Positions 37,673-46,734 of a stretch of 64,000 nucleotides of DNA are shown here, in pieces. A program made the translations under genes and the position numbers. Under the pieces are notes generated by a model that did no database searches, was not told the origin of the DNA, and saw only the letters and a program-made list of their open reading frames with translations. This stretch comes from Candidatus Micrarchaeia archaeon (lineage in GTDB: Archaea; Micrarchaeota; Micrarchaeia; Anstonellales; J096): positions 10,079-74,078 of the forward strand of contig JBGQMY010000004.1 of the NCBI GenBank assembly GCA_041500865.1, read 5' to 3'. How positions within the stretch are numbered: position 1 is the stretch's first letter; every line of letters begins with the position of its first letter.

Positions 37673-37734
37673 TTGCGGATCAGAGTCAAGTCATCTCATC
37701 ATCAGTCAGGATTTCACCTCTCATCATCCCGCAA
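37673..37734 (-). ncRNA. Box C/D methylation-guide sRNA
   Basis: Minus strand: TTGCGG-G-ATGATGA(C)-GAGGTGAAATC-CTGA(D')-CTG-ATGATGA(C')-GATGACTTGACT-CTGA(D)-T-CCGCAA; 6-bp terminal stem; TTTAAAAA at 37758-37765 upstream. Confidence 0.88.
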
Positions 37735-37910
37735 TAATTGCCATATGCTGAGCCCTGTTTTTAAATTAAAGCCTGCTGCGCGGAAAACGCGCGCGGTTTC
37801 CCATTTTGGCTTTTTCTAAAACATTTTTGAAAAATTTTTGCAAAAAGAATTTTTGAAAATCCGCAAATAACTTTTTAAACTTAACTCTTATAAAAAATAA
37901 TTGCATAGAA

Positions 37911-38291
37911 ATGTTGGAAAGCAAGAAATTGGTTGTGGCGCCGGTTCCAGGAAGGAAATTATCGTCGTCAAAAACCCCCAACTCGAAAATTCTGTGCAGC
38001 TTTTCGCTTTTCAAAAACCTATTGGAAAAAAATGGCGCGAAAAAGGCGATTGCTGAAAAAGGAAACATTTCCTCTATACAAAAAAGGATTCTTAGGCCCT
38101 CATACCTGAACTCTGACAGGAGAAAATTGGCCAGCGGCCATTTCATGCTTGCTTCTGAAACAAGGATGCGTAAATCCGAATCTGTATCCGTAAACCCTAA
38201 GAAAAAGGAAGACGTAAACGTTTTTGTTGATTTTGACGATTTTGAAGAGCCAGAAGTTTACAGATGGAAAAGGCCATTATTGGACGACTAA
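37911..38291 (+). CDS. Hypothetical basic protein
   Basis: 126-aa AT-rich ORF after TATA-like sequence; no motif recognised. Confidence 0.4.
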   Translation: MLESKKLVVAPVPGRKLSSSKTPNSKILCSFSLFKNLLEKNGAKKAIAEKGNISSIQKRILRPSYLNSDRRKLASGHFMLASETRMRKSESVSVNPKKKEDVNVFVDFDDFEEPEVYRWKRPLLDD

Positions 38292-38301
38292 CAAGATTGA
38301 A

Positions 38302-38541
38302 TCAAGCCTCAACGATATCCTTAAAATGCGTTAATGCGACATTTGGCCTGAGGCTTCGCCCTTTCGGGCCGGTTATGCGCTTTGCAAAAAGGAGGTAGCC
38401 GTTTCCGTTGAGCCTGTATGCATATATGTCGGAGTTGGCCGGCGTTACGTCCAGTATCTTGGCAGGCCTTGCAAGAACCCTGAGCTTTACGCTCCTGTCG
38501 CCGGAATAGTAAACGAATTCCTGCAATGGCGCTCTTTTCAT
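38302..38541 (-). CDS. Hypothetical protein
   Basis: 79-aa ORF with TTTAAAAA upstream; no motif recognised. Confidence 0.5.
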   Translation of the reverse strand: MKRAPLQEFVYYSGDRSVKLRVLARPAKILDVTPANSDIYAYRLNGNGYLLFAKRITGPKGRSLRPNVALTHFKDIVEA

Positions 38542-38638
38542 AGGTGTCTTTTACTGTGCAAACCTGTTTTTAAACGTATTCGTAAGTCCCGAAACGGCCA
38601 TAACAAGGAATTAAAACCTTCCTTCCCCAATCAAAGCC

Positions 38639-38911
38639 ATGGCAAAGGTTTACGTCGTTAATGATGACAAGTGGATTGAGGTTGCGGACGGCACGAAGCT
38701 TATTGCGCTCCAGAACCAGAGTAGCATACTCTTCGCCTGCGGCGAGGGCGTGTGCGGCAGCTGCCTTGCGACCATAAAGGAAGGGGGAGGCAACCTTGCG
38801 CCGCCCACAGACTACGAGAAGCAGATGCTCCAGAACTTCGGCGCCAAGCCCGGCCAGAGGCTGCTTTGCCAAGCGGTTATAAACGGCGGCGAGGCCAAGA
38901 TAGAGCAATAG
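38639..38911 (+). CDS. 2Fe-2S ferredoxin
   Basis: CGEGVCGSC...RLLCQ. Confidence 0.92.
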   Translation: MAKVYVVNDDKWIEVADGTKLIALQNQSSILFACGEGVCGSCLATIKEGGGNLAPPTDYEKQMLQNFGAKPGQRLLCQAVINGGEAKIEQ

Positions 38912-38912
38912 G

Positions 38913-39740
38913 CTATCCCTTTTTTACCCTCGCTATGAAGAACCCCTCGCTGTTGAGGTCTTTTGGGGATATTCTCCACGTTTTCCTGAATTCGTTGCCA
39001 AATTCAGCCAATCCGGAGCTGTGCGGCAGCTCAAGGCCGATGGTTTCAAGCTTCGCGTTTTCAAACTTCTCTAAAAGGTACCTAATAACGCCCTCGTTTT
39101 CCTTATCCGTTATCGTGCATGTTGAATAAACAAGCGTTCCGCCTGGCTTCAGGGCCTTGAAAGCCGAAGAAATCATCTTTTTCTGCACGTCTGGCATGAC
39201 TATGAGGCTTTTGCTGTTTATCCTTTCCCAGGCATAGGGATGGGAGCCCAGCGCCGTGCAGGGCGCATCCAACAGCACCTTGTTAAACATGTTTTCCATG
39301 CCAAGGTTTTTGCCGTCTAAGGATATGACTACGGAATTTAACGCGCCAAGCCTCGCTACATTGGACATTAAGGCATCAAGCCTTTCCTCCTGGTCGTTGG
39401 CAACTGCAGCCCCCCTATTCTCCATTAACATTGCAATTTCAGTGAATTTGCTTCCGGGGGATGCCGCAACGTCCAGTATAATATCTTTTTCGCCAAAAGA
39501 ACCAAAAACAAGCGGAACCACTGATGATGAAAGGCTCTGCGGATGGATCCATCCGCACTTGTAGTCCAGCGTCTTTCCGGGATTGCCCTCAACGACGCTG
39601 AACATGAACGGAACTGGGGTCTTCTCAAGGACAAGGCCTGATTTTGCAAGATACTCGTTTATGGGCATCTTGAGCGTGTTTACCCTTATGAAACTCTTCG
39701 CAGCCTTGAGCTGCGCGATGTATTCGTTGTCCTTTTCCAT
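38913..39740 (-). CDS. RsmB/NOP2/NSUN RNA m5C methyltransferase
   Basis: RVNTLK, DVAASPGSK, LDAPC, VYSTCT, ENE, GFFIA. Confidence 0.95.
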   Translation of the reverse strand: MEKDNEYIAQLKAAKSFIRVNTLKMPINEYLAKSGLVLEKTPVPFMFSVVEGNPGKTLDYKCGWIHPQSLSSSVVPLVFGSFGEKDIILDVAASPGSKFTEIAMLMENRGAAVANDQEERLDALMSNVARLGALNSVVISLDGKNLGMENMFNKVLLDAPCTALGSHPYAWERINSKSLIVMPDVQKKMISSAFKALKPGGTLVYSTCTITDKENEGVIRYLLEKFENAKLETIGLELPHSSGLAEFGNEFRKTWRISPKDLNSEGFFIARVKKG

Positions 39741-39793
39741 TTGGATGATTGTTCTGCGGGAGATATTTAAATGCTATCTCCATATCAACAACC

Positions 39794-40564
39794 ATGGCTG
39801 CGCTCAGGCTGGTTTCCTGGAACGTCAACGGCATAAGGTCCTGCTGGAAAAAGGGATTCCTGGACATATTCAAGGCCAAAAAGCCCGACGTCGTTTGCAT
39901 CCAGGAAGTCAAGGCCTCCAAGGAGGACATGCCAAAGGAATTGGCTTACGTTCCCGGCTATTCGCTTTACCATTTTCCTGCCAAAAGGAAGGGCTATGCA
40001 GGCACCGCAGTCTATTCAAGGATTAAGCCGCTTGCAGTCGTTTACGGCATCGGCGAAAAGAGGTTTGACGACGAAGGAAGGGCCATAACGCTTGAGTTTG
40101 ACAAATTCTGCCTTGTGAACGCCTATTTTCCAAACTCCCAGCACGGCCTTGGGCGGCTGGATTTCAAGCTGGAATACAACCGGCTCATCCTTGCTTATAT
40201 CAAGGGGCTGGAAAGGTCAAAGCCGGTTGTCGTCTGCGGCGACTTCAATGTTGCGCACAGGGGGATAGACCTTGCCAATCCCAAGCAAAATGAAAAGAAC
40301 GCAGGGTTCACGATTCAGGAAAGGGATTGGTTCGCTGATTTTCTTTCCAAAGGGTTTGTTGACACGTTCAGGATGTTTGAATCCGGAGCCGGGCATTACA
40401 CCTGGTGGGGATACAGGTTCAACCTTCGCGCACGGAACATTGGGTGGCGCGTGGATTATTTTGCTGTTTCGGAATCGCTCAGGAAAAAAATAAAATCAAG
40501 CAGGATTTTGAAAGATGTTTTGGGCTCGGACCATGCCCCAATCGTGCTTGAGATTAACATTTAA
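39794..40564 (+). CDS. xth: Exodeoxyribonuclease III / AP endonuclease
   Basis: SWNVNGIR, QEVK, GDFNVAH, GWRVDY, SDHAP. Confidence 0.96.
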   Translation: MAALRLVSWNVNGIRSCWKKGFLDIFKAKKPDVVCIQEVKASKEDMPKELAYVPGYSLYHFPAKRKGYAGTAVYSRIKPLAVVYGIGEKRFDDEGRAITLEFDKFCLVNAYFPNSQHGLGRLDFKLEYNRLILAYIKGLERSKPVVVCGDFNVAHRGIDLANPKQNEKNAGFTIQERDWFADFLSKGFVDTFRMFESGAGHYTWWGYRFNLRARNIGWRVDYFAVSESLRKKIKSSRILKDVLGSDHAPIVLEINI

Positions 40565-40571
40565 AACTATG

Positions 40572-40716
40572 TTATAATTTCTAATACTATATTATTATAA
40601 TGGCATTTATACCAAAACAGGGCCTTGGGCATACCAAACCAGGCCATTTTACGCGGTTCACAAAGCCAGAAATTCTGGTTGATCTGTCTATTATAAGAGT
40701 ATGTTAGAAATTATAA
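40572..40716. repeat. 13-bp perfect inverted repeat pair in an AT-rich intergenic region
   Basis: TTATAATTTCTAA (40572-40584) and TTAGAAATTATAA (40704-40716). Confidence 0.6.
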
Positions 40717-41068
40717 TAATCTATTATAAGTATTACTTTAGCTATTTCGCATGCTGGAACCTAGCCCCCAGAAGCAAAAAGGTGCCCCTTTTTTAGGATG
40801 TTTTATTATAATAGTCTTTTAGAAAAGATAAGATGTTATTATATCTGAGAACTCGTTTACTAATATGGTATAGCAAAAAACCGCGCTGTTTATGTCTGTT
40901 TACTTATATGCGAAACAAACAAGGAACGCCAAAACCGCGTTCAGGGAATTGGGTTTACCATTATGATATTGTTGTGCAACCCTGGAACTTGGAACCCCCC
41001 TGATTTGCCAAAAGTGCCTGAAAGGATGGTTTTGGCCTTGTTAAGGTTACTGAGGTGGGGTATTCTTC

Positions 41069-41347
41069 TTAATCCAACCAGTTGTATCCCTTACCTCTAT
41101 GAATTATTTTTGTTATCCTTACTTCCTGATTTATTATTGAATAAACTATTCTGTAATCGCCAACTCTTAGTCTGTATAGTGCCGGATTGGCTGATCCTTC
41201 CAGCTTTTTTATATCCGCGCCGCTCCGTTTTCTGAACGGATTTTCCTTAAGGGCATCGAATGATTTTTTGACTCTATTCTTGGTTTCTTCGTCAAGTGAA
41301 TATAGTTCATCCCTGGCGGATTCAGAGATTAATACGTTGAATGGCAT
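41069..41347 (-). CDS. RelE/ParE-family toxin
   Basis: IKKLEG, YRLRVGDYRIVY, IIHR. Confidence 0.92.
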   Translation of the reverse strand: MPFNVLISESARDELYSLDEETKNRVKKSFDALKENPFRKRSGADIKKLEGSANPALYRLRVGDYRIVYSIINQEVRITKIIHRGKGYNWLD

Positions 41348-41355
41348 TGTATCAC

Positions 41356-41538
41356 TCAAATATCGTCAACATTGTAGAACTTTTCGTTTTTGAGTATGAA
41401 TGCCTGCTCATCATAGAACAATTGTCTTTTTGCAAGTTCCATCAACTTGTTTAATATTTTGTCATATGTTTCGTCTTTCCTGCCATACATCTTAAGCATT
41501 TCGCGGGTTTCTTCGGATATTGATATTGTAGTAGCCAT
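41356..41538 (-). CDS. Putative antitoxin (ribbon-helix-helix-like)
   Basis: MATTISISEETREML...ETYDKIL; directly upstream of the toxin. Confidence 0.8.
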   Translation of the reverse strand: MATTISISEETREMLKMYGRKDETYDKILNKLMELAKRQLFYDEQAFILKNEKFYNVDDI

Positions 41539-41643
41539 ATAATCACACATAATGGTTATATACAATTATATTTTTAAACTTATCCATAATGCCTGCTCTT
41601 GTATTGATATCCATATTTAAACCCTTTTTCTGCCAACTATATC

Positions 41644-42270
41644 ATGACGCGTTTGTTTATCATCAGGCACGCCGAACGCCATAAGATAAAAACCCAGGCA
41701 GACGTGCCAAAGGTGCTGCTGACTAAAAAAGGGAAAGCCCATGCCAAACAGCTCGGAGTGCTGATGAGGATGAAACTCAACTCTGATAAGATAAGCATAG
41801 TCACAAGCAGGTATGAAAGATGCTTCCAGACAGGCACATCTTTCTCATGGGGGTACGGCCTAATCAATGTTTCAATGCTACAAAAGGACCCGAATGACTT
41901 TCTGCACCGCGTTTTCAGGTACGGACTGCGACTGGAAAGGCGGCGTGCATACAACCATATCTTCAAGCATGAAATATATGGAGATACGATGAGGCTTTGG
42001 AAAAGAGGGCATTACAAAAATATCCTTGTGAACCCGCAATGGCTCTTCAGCGCCATGCTGCAGTTGGCCGAGCTGTCAATGACCGACACGATGTTCATCT
42101 TCGCCCACGACATAAGCGTGTCCGCAGTCGGCATATGCAATGGCATAACCGAGCTTTACTCAAAAAAGCCGGGCTTCCTGCATGGAGTGTATACAAATGA
42201 CCACAAGAAGGGAGAATGGAAACCTTTTGTTCCTAGCGAGAATATGAACTTACTACCAAAAATAGATTAG
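41644..42270 (+). CDS. Histidine phosphatase family protein
   Basis: IIRHAE, LTKKG, S.YERC.QT, FAHD. Confidence 0.85.
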   Translation: MTRLFIIRHAERHKIKTQADVPKVLLTKKGKAHAKQLGVLMRMKLNSDKISIVTSRYERCFQTGTSFSWGYGLINVSMLQKDPNDFLHRVFRYGLRLERRRAYNHIFKHEIYGDTMRLWKRGHYKNILVNPQWLFSAMLQLAELSMTDTMFIFAHDISVSAVGICNGITELYSKKPGFLHGVYTNDHKKGEWKPFVPSENMNLLPKID

Positions 42271-42284
42271 AAATAAAAAAATAA

Positions 42285-42764
42285 TCAGACTTTTATCCTA
42301 AGCAGCAGTATCGCCAGCACGATTATGGCCAGGATTGCGCCAACTACCATCCACAGCCCCCCAAGGCTGAAGCTCGGTGTGGAATTGTTTGGTGTAGCCT
42401 GCGCGGGCTGGCTGCCGGTTGTATGGGTTGCCTGCGTGCTGCCGCTGGCATTCGCCTTGGGCGAGGTTGCGTTCTGCGCTGGCGCCGAATTGTTCGCGAC
42501 AGAAACCGTAGTTGTCTGCCCGCCGGCTATGTGCGGCTGGATTCCTGCGCGGCAGTTGCTCTGGCATGACAGGCAGGCGCTTGTGTTGTCCTGCGGGCCA
42601 TGGCAGAACCCGCCGTCCGAGTCCCACTGGCCGTTGCCGCATGCGTTGGTGCAGCAGTCCTTGAGGCAGGTCATTGGGGTCGAGCCCGTGACGTGCATTA
42701 CCGAGAATCCCAGGCCTGCAAGGCCCAGAACCAGCATAAACATCAGTATCTTCATTGTTGGCAC
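42285..42764 (-). CDS. Cys-rich surface protein with C-terminal TM anchor
   Basis: Signal peptide, 8-Cys domain, S/T/Q/A linker with NxS/T sequons, hydrophobic tail ending RIKV. Confidence 0.75.
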   Translation of the reverse strand: MPTMKILMFMLVLGLAGLGFSVMHVTGSTPMTCLKDCCTNACGNGQWDSDGGFCHGPQDNTSACLSCQSNCRAGIQPHIAGGQTTTVSVANNSAPAQNATSPKANASGSTQATHTTGSQPAQATPNNSTPSFSLGGLWMVVGAILAIIVLAILLLRIKV

Positions 42765-42847
42765 CTAATGTAATATGCGTGAAACCGTTTAAAAGTCCAT
42801 TGGAAGGATTACATACCTTTTTAAACGCTTAATCACACAATAGACGC

Positions 42848-43513
42848 ATGGCCCACGAGGCAAGCAAGGACAAAAAAGCCGGCATAGGCGAACCAAAAAA
42901 GCAGCCGTTAAATGAAAAGCTGAAGGTGGAATCAGACAAAGCGGATGACTTCAGTGCAGCCAAGACAACGAAAATACCGGGTCCGGGAATAACTACAGAT
43001 TTTCCCCTAAATAGGAAAGAAAGCGCCGCTACGCCCCTAATGAACGCTGTGCTGTGCGCCGAATTGAATTACAATGCGAAAAAGGCAGGCTTGCCGCATT
43101 ATAAGAAGATAGAGGAGCAACTGCTGGAAACCGCGGGCATAGTCTCCAACGAGCAATACGCGTTTGTAATGATAGACATAGGCTCGCCTGACACGGGTAA
43201 ATTCACGTCAGCATGCGGCACCGCAGCCCTTCCTGTCTTTTCCAATGTGGATGTGATAAGGTTCCTAAGGGAAAACGGCGTAAACGGCATAATCGGCGTG
43301 GTTTACGACCATGAGGCCCAGGATACGTACGATGGAAAGAGGGTACCGCTCAGCGCCATAGTGCTGCCCATAAATGAAGAACGCGGCAGGAAGTTTGAGG
43401 AAATAGTCTCAAGGATAGGCGGCAGCTTCAGGTGCGAAAAATTGAATCTTGAAACAATAAACAAGGACGACTTAAGCTGCAAGTGGCATTGGACGATATA
43501 CGAGTCGGAATGA
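42848..43513 (+). CDS. Hypothetical protein
   Basis: 221-aa ORF with TTTTTAAA upstream. Confidence 0.65.
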   Translation: MAHEASKDKKAGIGEPKKQPLNEKLKVESDKADDFSAAKTTKIPGPGITTDFPLNRKESAATPLMNAVLCAELNYNAKKAGLPHYKKIEEQLLETAGIVSNEQYAFVMIDIGSPDTGKFTSACGTAALPVFSNVDVIRFLRENGVNGIIGVVYDHEAQDTYDGKRVPLSAIVLPINEERGRKFEEIVSRIGGSFRCEKLNLETINKDDLSCKWHWTIYESE

Positions 43514-43578
43514 TGCGCCTTTTCCTGTTTTTAGCTCCATAGAAACATTTAAAACACGTTAGCCTATGATTATACACT

Positions 43579-44550
43579 ATGTCAAAACAAATGCTGGTTG
43601 AACGCGCCAAAAAAGGCTGGAAAACCAATCTTCAATCCTATAAGGATGCCATTGACGAAGGCACAATGCCAAAAATAAAGGTAATGGTAAATGGGCTGCC
43701 TGGCAAGATGGCGACTGAACTCGCAAAAAAGCTCATAGCATCAAAGAGATTTGAGGTGCTTCCGTATTCGCTTACTGGCCAAGAGATAAACATTGGCTCT
43801 TTTGAGGTTAATCCCATTGCTGTTTATGAATTACTCAAGCCCGACGCCAGGGAGGCGTTTATTGGAAAGATTTCAACCCAAAAGCCCGATGTTTCCATTG
43901 ACTTTACGCATCCCTTGGCAGTCAACGCCAATGCGGAATTTTACGCAAGGCACAAGCTGAATTTTGTGATGGGGACTACGGGCGGAGACAGGACCAAGCT
44001 GGAACAGACAGTGGTCGATTCAGGCATCATGGCAGTCATTGCGATGAACATGGCCAAAGCCATTGTCGCTTTCCAGGCAATGATGAAGCATGCGGCAGAC
44101 ACCTACCCTGATGCTTTCAAAGGGTATGTTTTGGAGATTGTTGAAAGCCACCAGCAAAAAAAGGCAGACACGAGCGGAACCGCGAAAGCGCTTGTGGCCA
44201 ATTTTAACGCCCTTGGGATACCATTTCGTGTAGGCCAGATAAAGATGATTCGGGATCCGCCAAAGCAGCTTGAAATGGGCGTCCCTGAAGAGGCGCTGGG
44301 CGGCCATGCTTGGCACACGTACACGCTGAAATCCGCAGAAGACGGCGTATTGATGAGCTTTACCCACAATGTGAACGGAAGAAGCGTATACCTGCCAGGC
44401 ACCATTGACGCAGTAGAATACCTTGGCTACAAGGCCGCGCTTGCAAAAAGGGGAAAGTTCCTTTCAATGGTTGAAAACCTGGGCAGGGCAGCCGGCATTA
44501 AGAAAAAGGGCAAAGTTTACACTATGATGGATGTCCTGAAGGGCAAATGA
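43579..44550 (+). CDS. dapB: 4-hydroxy-tetrahydrodipicolinate reductase-like
   Basis: NGLPGKM, IDFT, VMGTTG, ESHQQKKADTSGTA, GHAWHTY. Confidence 0.88.
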   Translation: MSKQMLVERAKKGWKTNLQSYKDAIDEGTMPKIKVMVNGLPGKMATELAKKLIASKRFEVLPYSLTGQEINIGSFEVNPIAVYELLKPDAREAFIGKISTQKPDVSIDFTHPLAVNANAEFYARHKLNFVMGTTGGDRTKLEQTVVDSGIMAVIAMNMAKAIVAFQAMMKHAADTYPDAFKGYVLEIVESHQQKKADTSGTAKALVANFNALGIPFRVGQIKMIRDPPKQLEMGVPEEALGGHAWHTYTLKSAEDGVLMSFTHNVNGRSVYLPGTIDAVEYLGYKAALAKRGKFLSMVENLGRAAGIKKKGKVYTMMDVLKGK

Positions 44551-44617
44551 CCTTTCCTTGGTTTTGCCTGCCATAAGAGGCTATTTTAAAAGGATTTCTG
44601 CACCCGTATTGATACGG

Positions 44618-44689
44618 GCCTCCATAGCTCAGCGGTAGAGCGACCGCCTTGTAAGCGGTAGGTCGTGGTTTCAATTACCACTGGAGGCT
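44618..44689 (+). tRNA. tRNA-Thr(TGT)
   Basis: Acceptor GCCTCCA/TGGAGGC, D arm GCTC/GAGC, anticodon stem ACCGC/GCGGT with loop CT-TGT-AA, T arm GTGGT-TTCAATT-ACCAC; no intron; CCA not encoded. Confidence 0.93.
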
Positions 44690-44836
44690 TTTAAAGGCAG
44701 TATAAAAAGGCCTGTCCGGGCGTGGGTTGGGCTACCCTGGCTTCCGTATAGGAAAGGCACCAAAGAACACATATGGCTATAAAAACCAACATTTAAAAAC
44801 ACTTATTTATATAATATGTAGCAAAATGGTGATGCG

Positions 44837-46252
44837 ATGCCCCACAAGATAGCCAAGAGAAAGGTTATTCCCGCTGCTAAAAAAAATGCAACTGCAAAAA
44901 AAATAAGGACATGGGAGAACTCAAAGGATGCTGCTGATGCTATTTTAGGGGATTGCGTGGAGCTCGAGCCGTCCAAAAAACTAAGGAAAATCAAATTCGT
45001 CGACGCAATAGGCCTTCTCAACAGTTGCAACGAAGAGATGCATAAATTGGATGCCGCGATTGGCGCAAAGACCAAGGAGCTGAAAAAGCTCCGGGAGGAA
45101 GGCGAAAACCAGGCTGCCATGCTGGACGCAGCAATGCATGCATACGAAACAGCCTCCACGAACAATGAACGCATTGACGCCAGGCTGGTGGCCATTGAAA
45201 TGGAGATAGCCTCAAAGGAGCTGGAGGCAACTGGCGCAAAGTCGGCGGCAGAGGAGCTGAAGAGGGTGTATGACATAGCCAGAGGGAGGCTTAGCCAGTT
45301 TGTGGCAACCCCGAACGGGCCTGTAGACGAATCCTTTGGCAGCATTGAGCGGCTTATGGCATTGTCTACCGAGAAGCTGGGGCAGGCGTCTTCGCTCAAA
45401 TCGCAAATGAAGGCGTTTGAGAAACAGGCAACGGAGGAGCAGAACAGGGAGGACATGCTCGGCGAACATGTGATGGACCTGCGGGACAAGCTGGAGCTCA
45501 ACGTTGAGCAGATTGCAGGGCTGCACGGGGCGCTTTCGTTCCTTAATGCAAAGAGAATAGAAAAACAGGACGACATCGCCATAATATTGAAGAAATCAGG
45601 CTTTGGGGAGATAAGCGCGCTCGTGTCAACGCTCAGGGCCCAAATTGATGAGGCGAACCGCACGATAGTGGCCACTCAAATGACGGCCAATGCCGATATA
45701 TCCAACCGGGACGGCATGATAACGAATCTCAAAGGCAATGTCAAGGAACTGCGCATCCTGGTCAGCGAACAGAAAACCAGATTCGATGCTCTCTTGGTGA
45801 AGGCAAAGGGGATAATAGGTACAAAGGAGAACGCAATACGGACCCTTGAGTGTGCGATTGCTGCTCCCGAAGCTTCCGGTGAGAGGATAATCAAAATGAC
45901 CAGAGTGATAGCCGCATTAATGGAAAGGCTCGCAGCTGCCGGCAGGGAACAGCCCAAGGCTGGAACGCGCGGAAGGGTAATAGGCGTCATGCCGTCCAAG
46001 GACGAGGAGCTTAAAGAGACACGGGGGAAACTGGCTGAAATGTCAAGAAACTATGAACAGGCCATAACCAGGCACGGCAGGCTAAAGGCAGCGCACGAAA
46101 GGACCGTGGCCATGGTCGATAGGCATGTCTTGGTGATGGATTCCATATTGTCCCGCCCGTTCAGCAAGGGCGCCGCAAAGAAGAGCCTGTCGAAGTTCAG
46201 AAGCGCCTTCAAGGCACTGGACTCTTCAATGACCGGCAATACAGACCGTTGA
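44837..46252 (+). CDS. Long coiled-coil protein
   Basis: Heptad-like E/K/A/L-rich helices throughout; basic N-terminus. Confidence 0.75.
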   Translation: MPHKIAKRKVIPAAKKNATAKKIRTWENSKDAADAILGDCVELEPSKKLRKIKFVDAIGLLNSCNEEMHKLDAAIGAKTKELKKLREEGENQAAMLDAAMHAYETASTNNERIDARLVAIEMEIASKELEATGAKSAAEELKRVYDIARGRLSQFVATPNGPVDESFGSIERLMALSTEKLGQASSLKSQMKAFEKQATEEQNREDMLGEHVMDLRDKLELNVEQIAGLHGALSFLNAKRIEKQDDIAIILKKSGFGEISALVSTLRAQIDEANRTIVATQMTANADISNRDGMITNLKGNVKELRILVSEQKTRFDALLVKAKGIIGTKENAIRTLECAIAAPEASGERIIKMTRVIAALMERLAAAGREQPKAGTRGRVIGVMPSKDEELKETRGKLAEMSRNYEQAITRHGRLKAAHERTVAMVDRHVLVMDSILSRPFSKGAAKKSLSKFRSAFKALDSSMTGNTDR

Positions 46253-46428
46253 AGCGCGCCTTGCCTGGAAAACTGATATTGCAGCAAAAAAGCCCTGATG
46301 TGGCCATGGGGCCAAAATATTGCCGCTGAAGCAGGGTCTATGGCTTTTTCCGAAGCGGCGCACGCTTTAAAAAGGCGGAAGCGAACCGATGTTTTTTATA
46401 TCCTTTCCTTCACATGCGTCTTGGTGTT

Positions 46429-46734
46429 ATGATGTTCGGAAAAGTGGAGCCAGGAAGCAGTATAATACACAGCATAAGGAGCATGAAGCTTGAGCCTGTT
46501 GAGGTAATACGGGGCGGGGCAGTGACCTGCACGTTCGCAGCAGACGCAGGAAGCGAGGTAAACGTGCTCGTTTATTCTATATTGGACCAGAAGAACATAG
46601 ACGAATTCAGCATGGCGGCAAACGGCAACCTGCAGAACTTCAGGGTCAGCACCGCGCCTCTTTCCCCTGGCGAATACATGGTAAAGATCCAGAGCGGAAG
46701 GGATTTCAGGAGCGGAAAGTTCAACGTTGTGTGA
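46429..46734 (+). CDS. Hypothetical beta-rich protein
   Basis: LSPGEYMVKI Ig-like C-terminal strand pattern; overlaps the start of the next gene. Confidence 0.6.
   Translation: MMFGKVEPGSSIIHSIRSMKLEPVEVIRGGAVTCTFAADAGSEVNVLVYSILDQKNIDEFSMAANGNLQNFRVSTAPLSPGEYMVKIQSGRDFRSGKFNVV

Noticed and set aside
40600..40707. 35-aa ORF between the inverted repeats, and the 40963-41235 ORF
   Set aside because: No RBS or motif support; the latter is largely antisense to the toxin gene.
44689..46252. Integrated element at tRNA-Thr
   Set aside because: No integrase and no duplicated tRNA 3' end found in the window.
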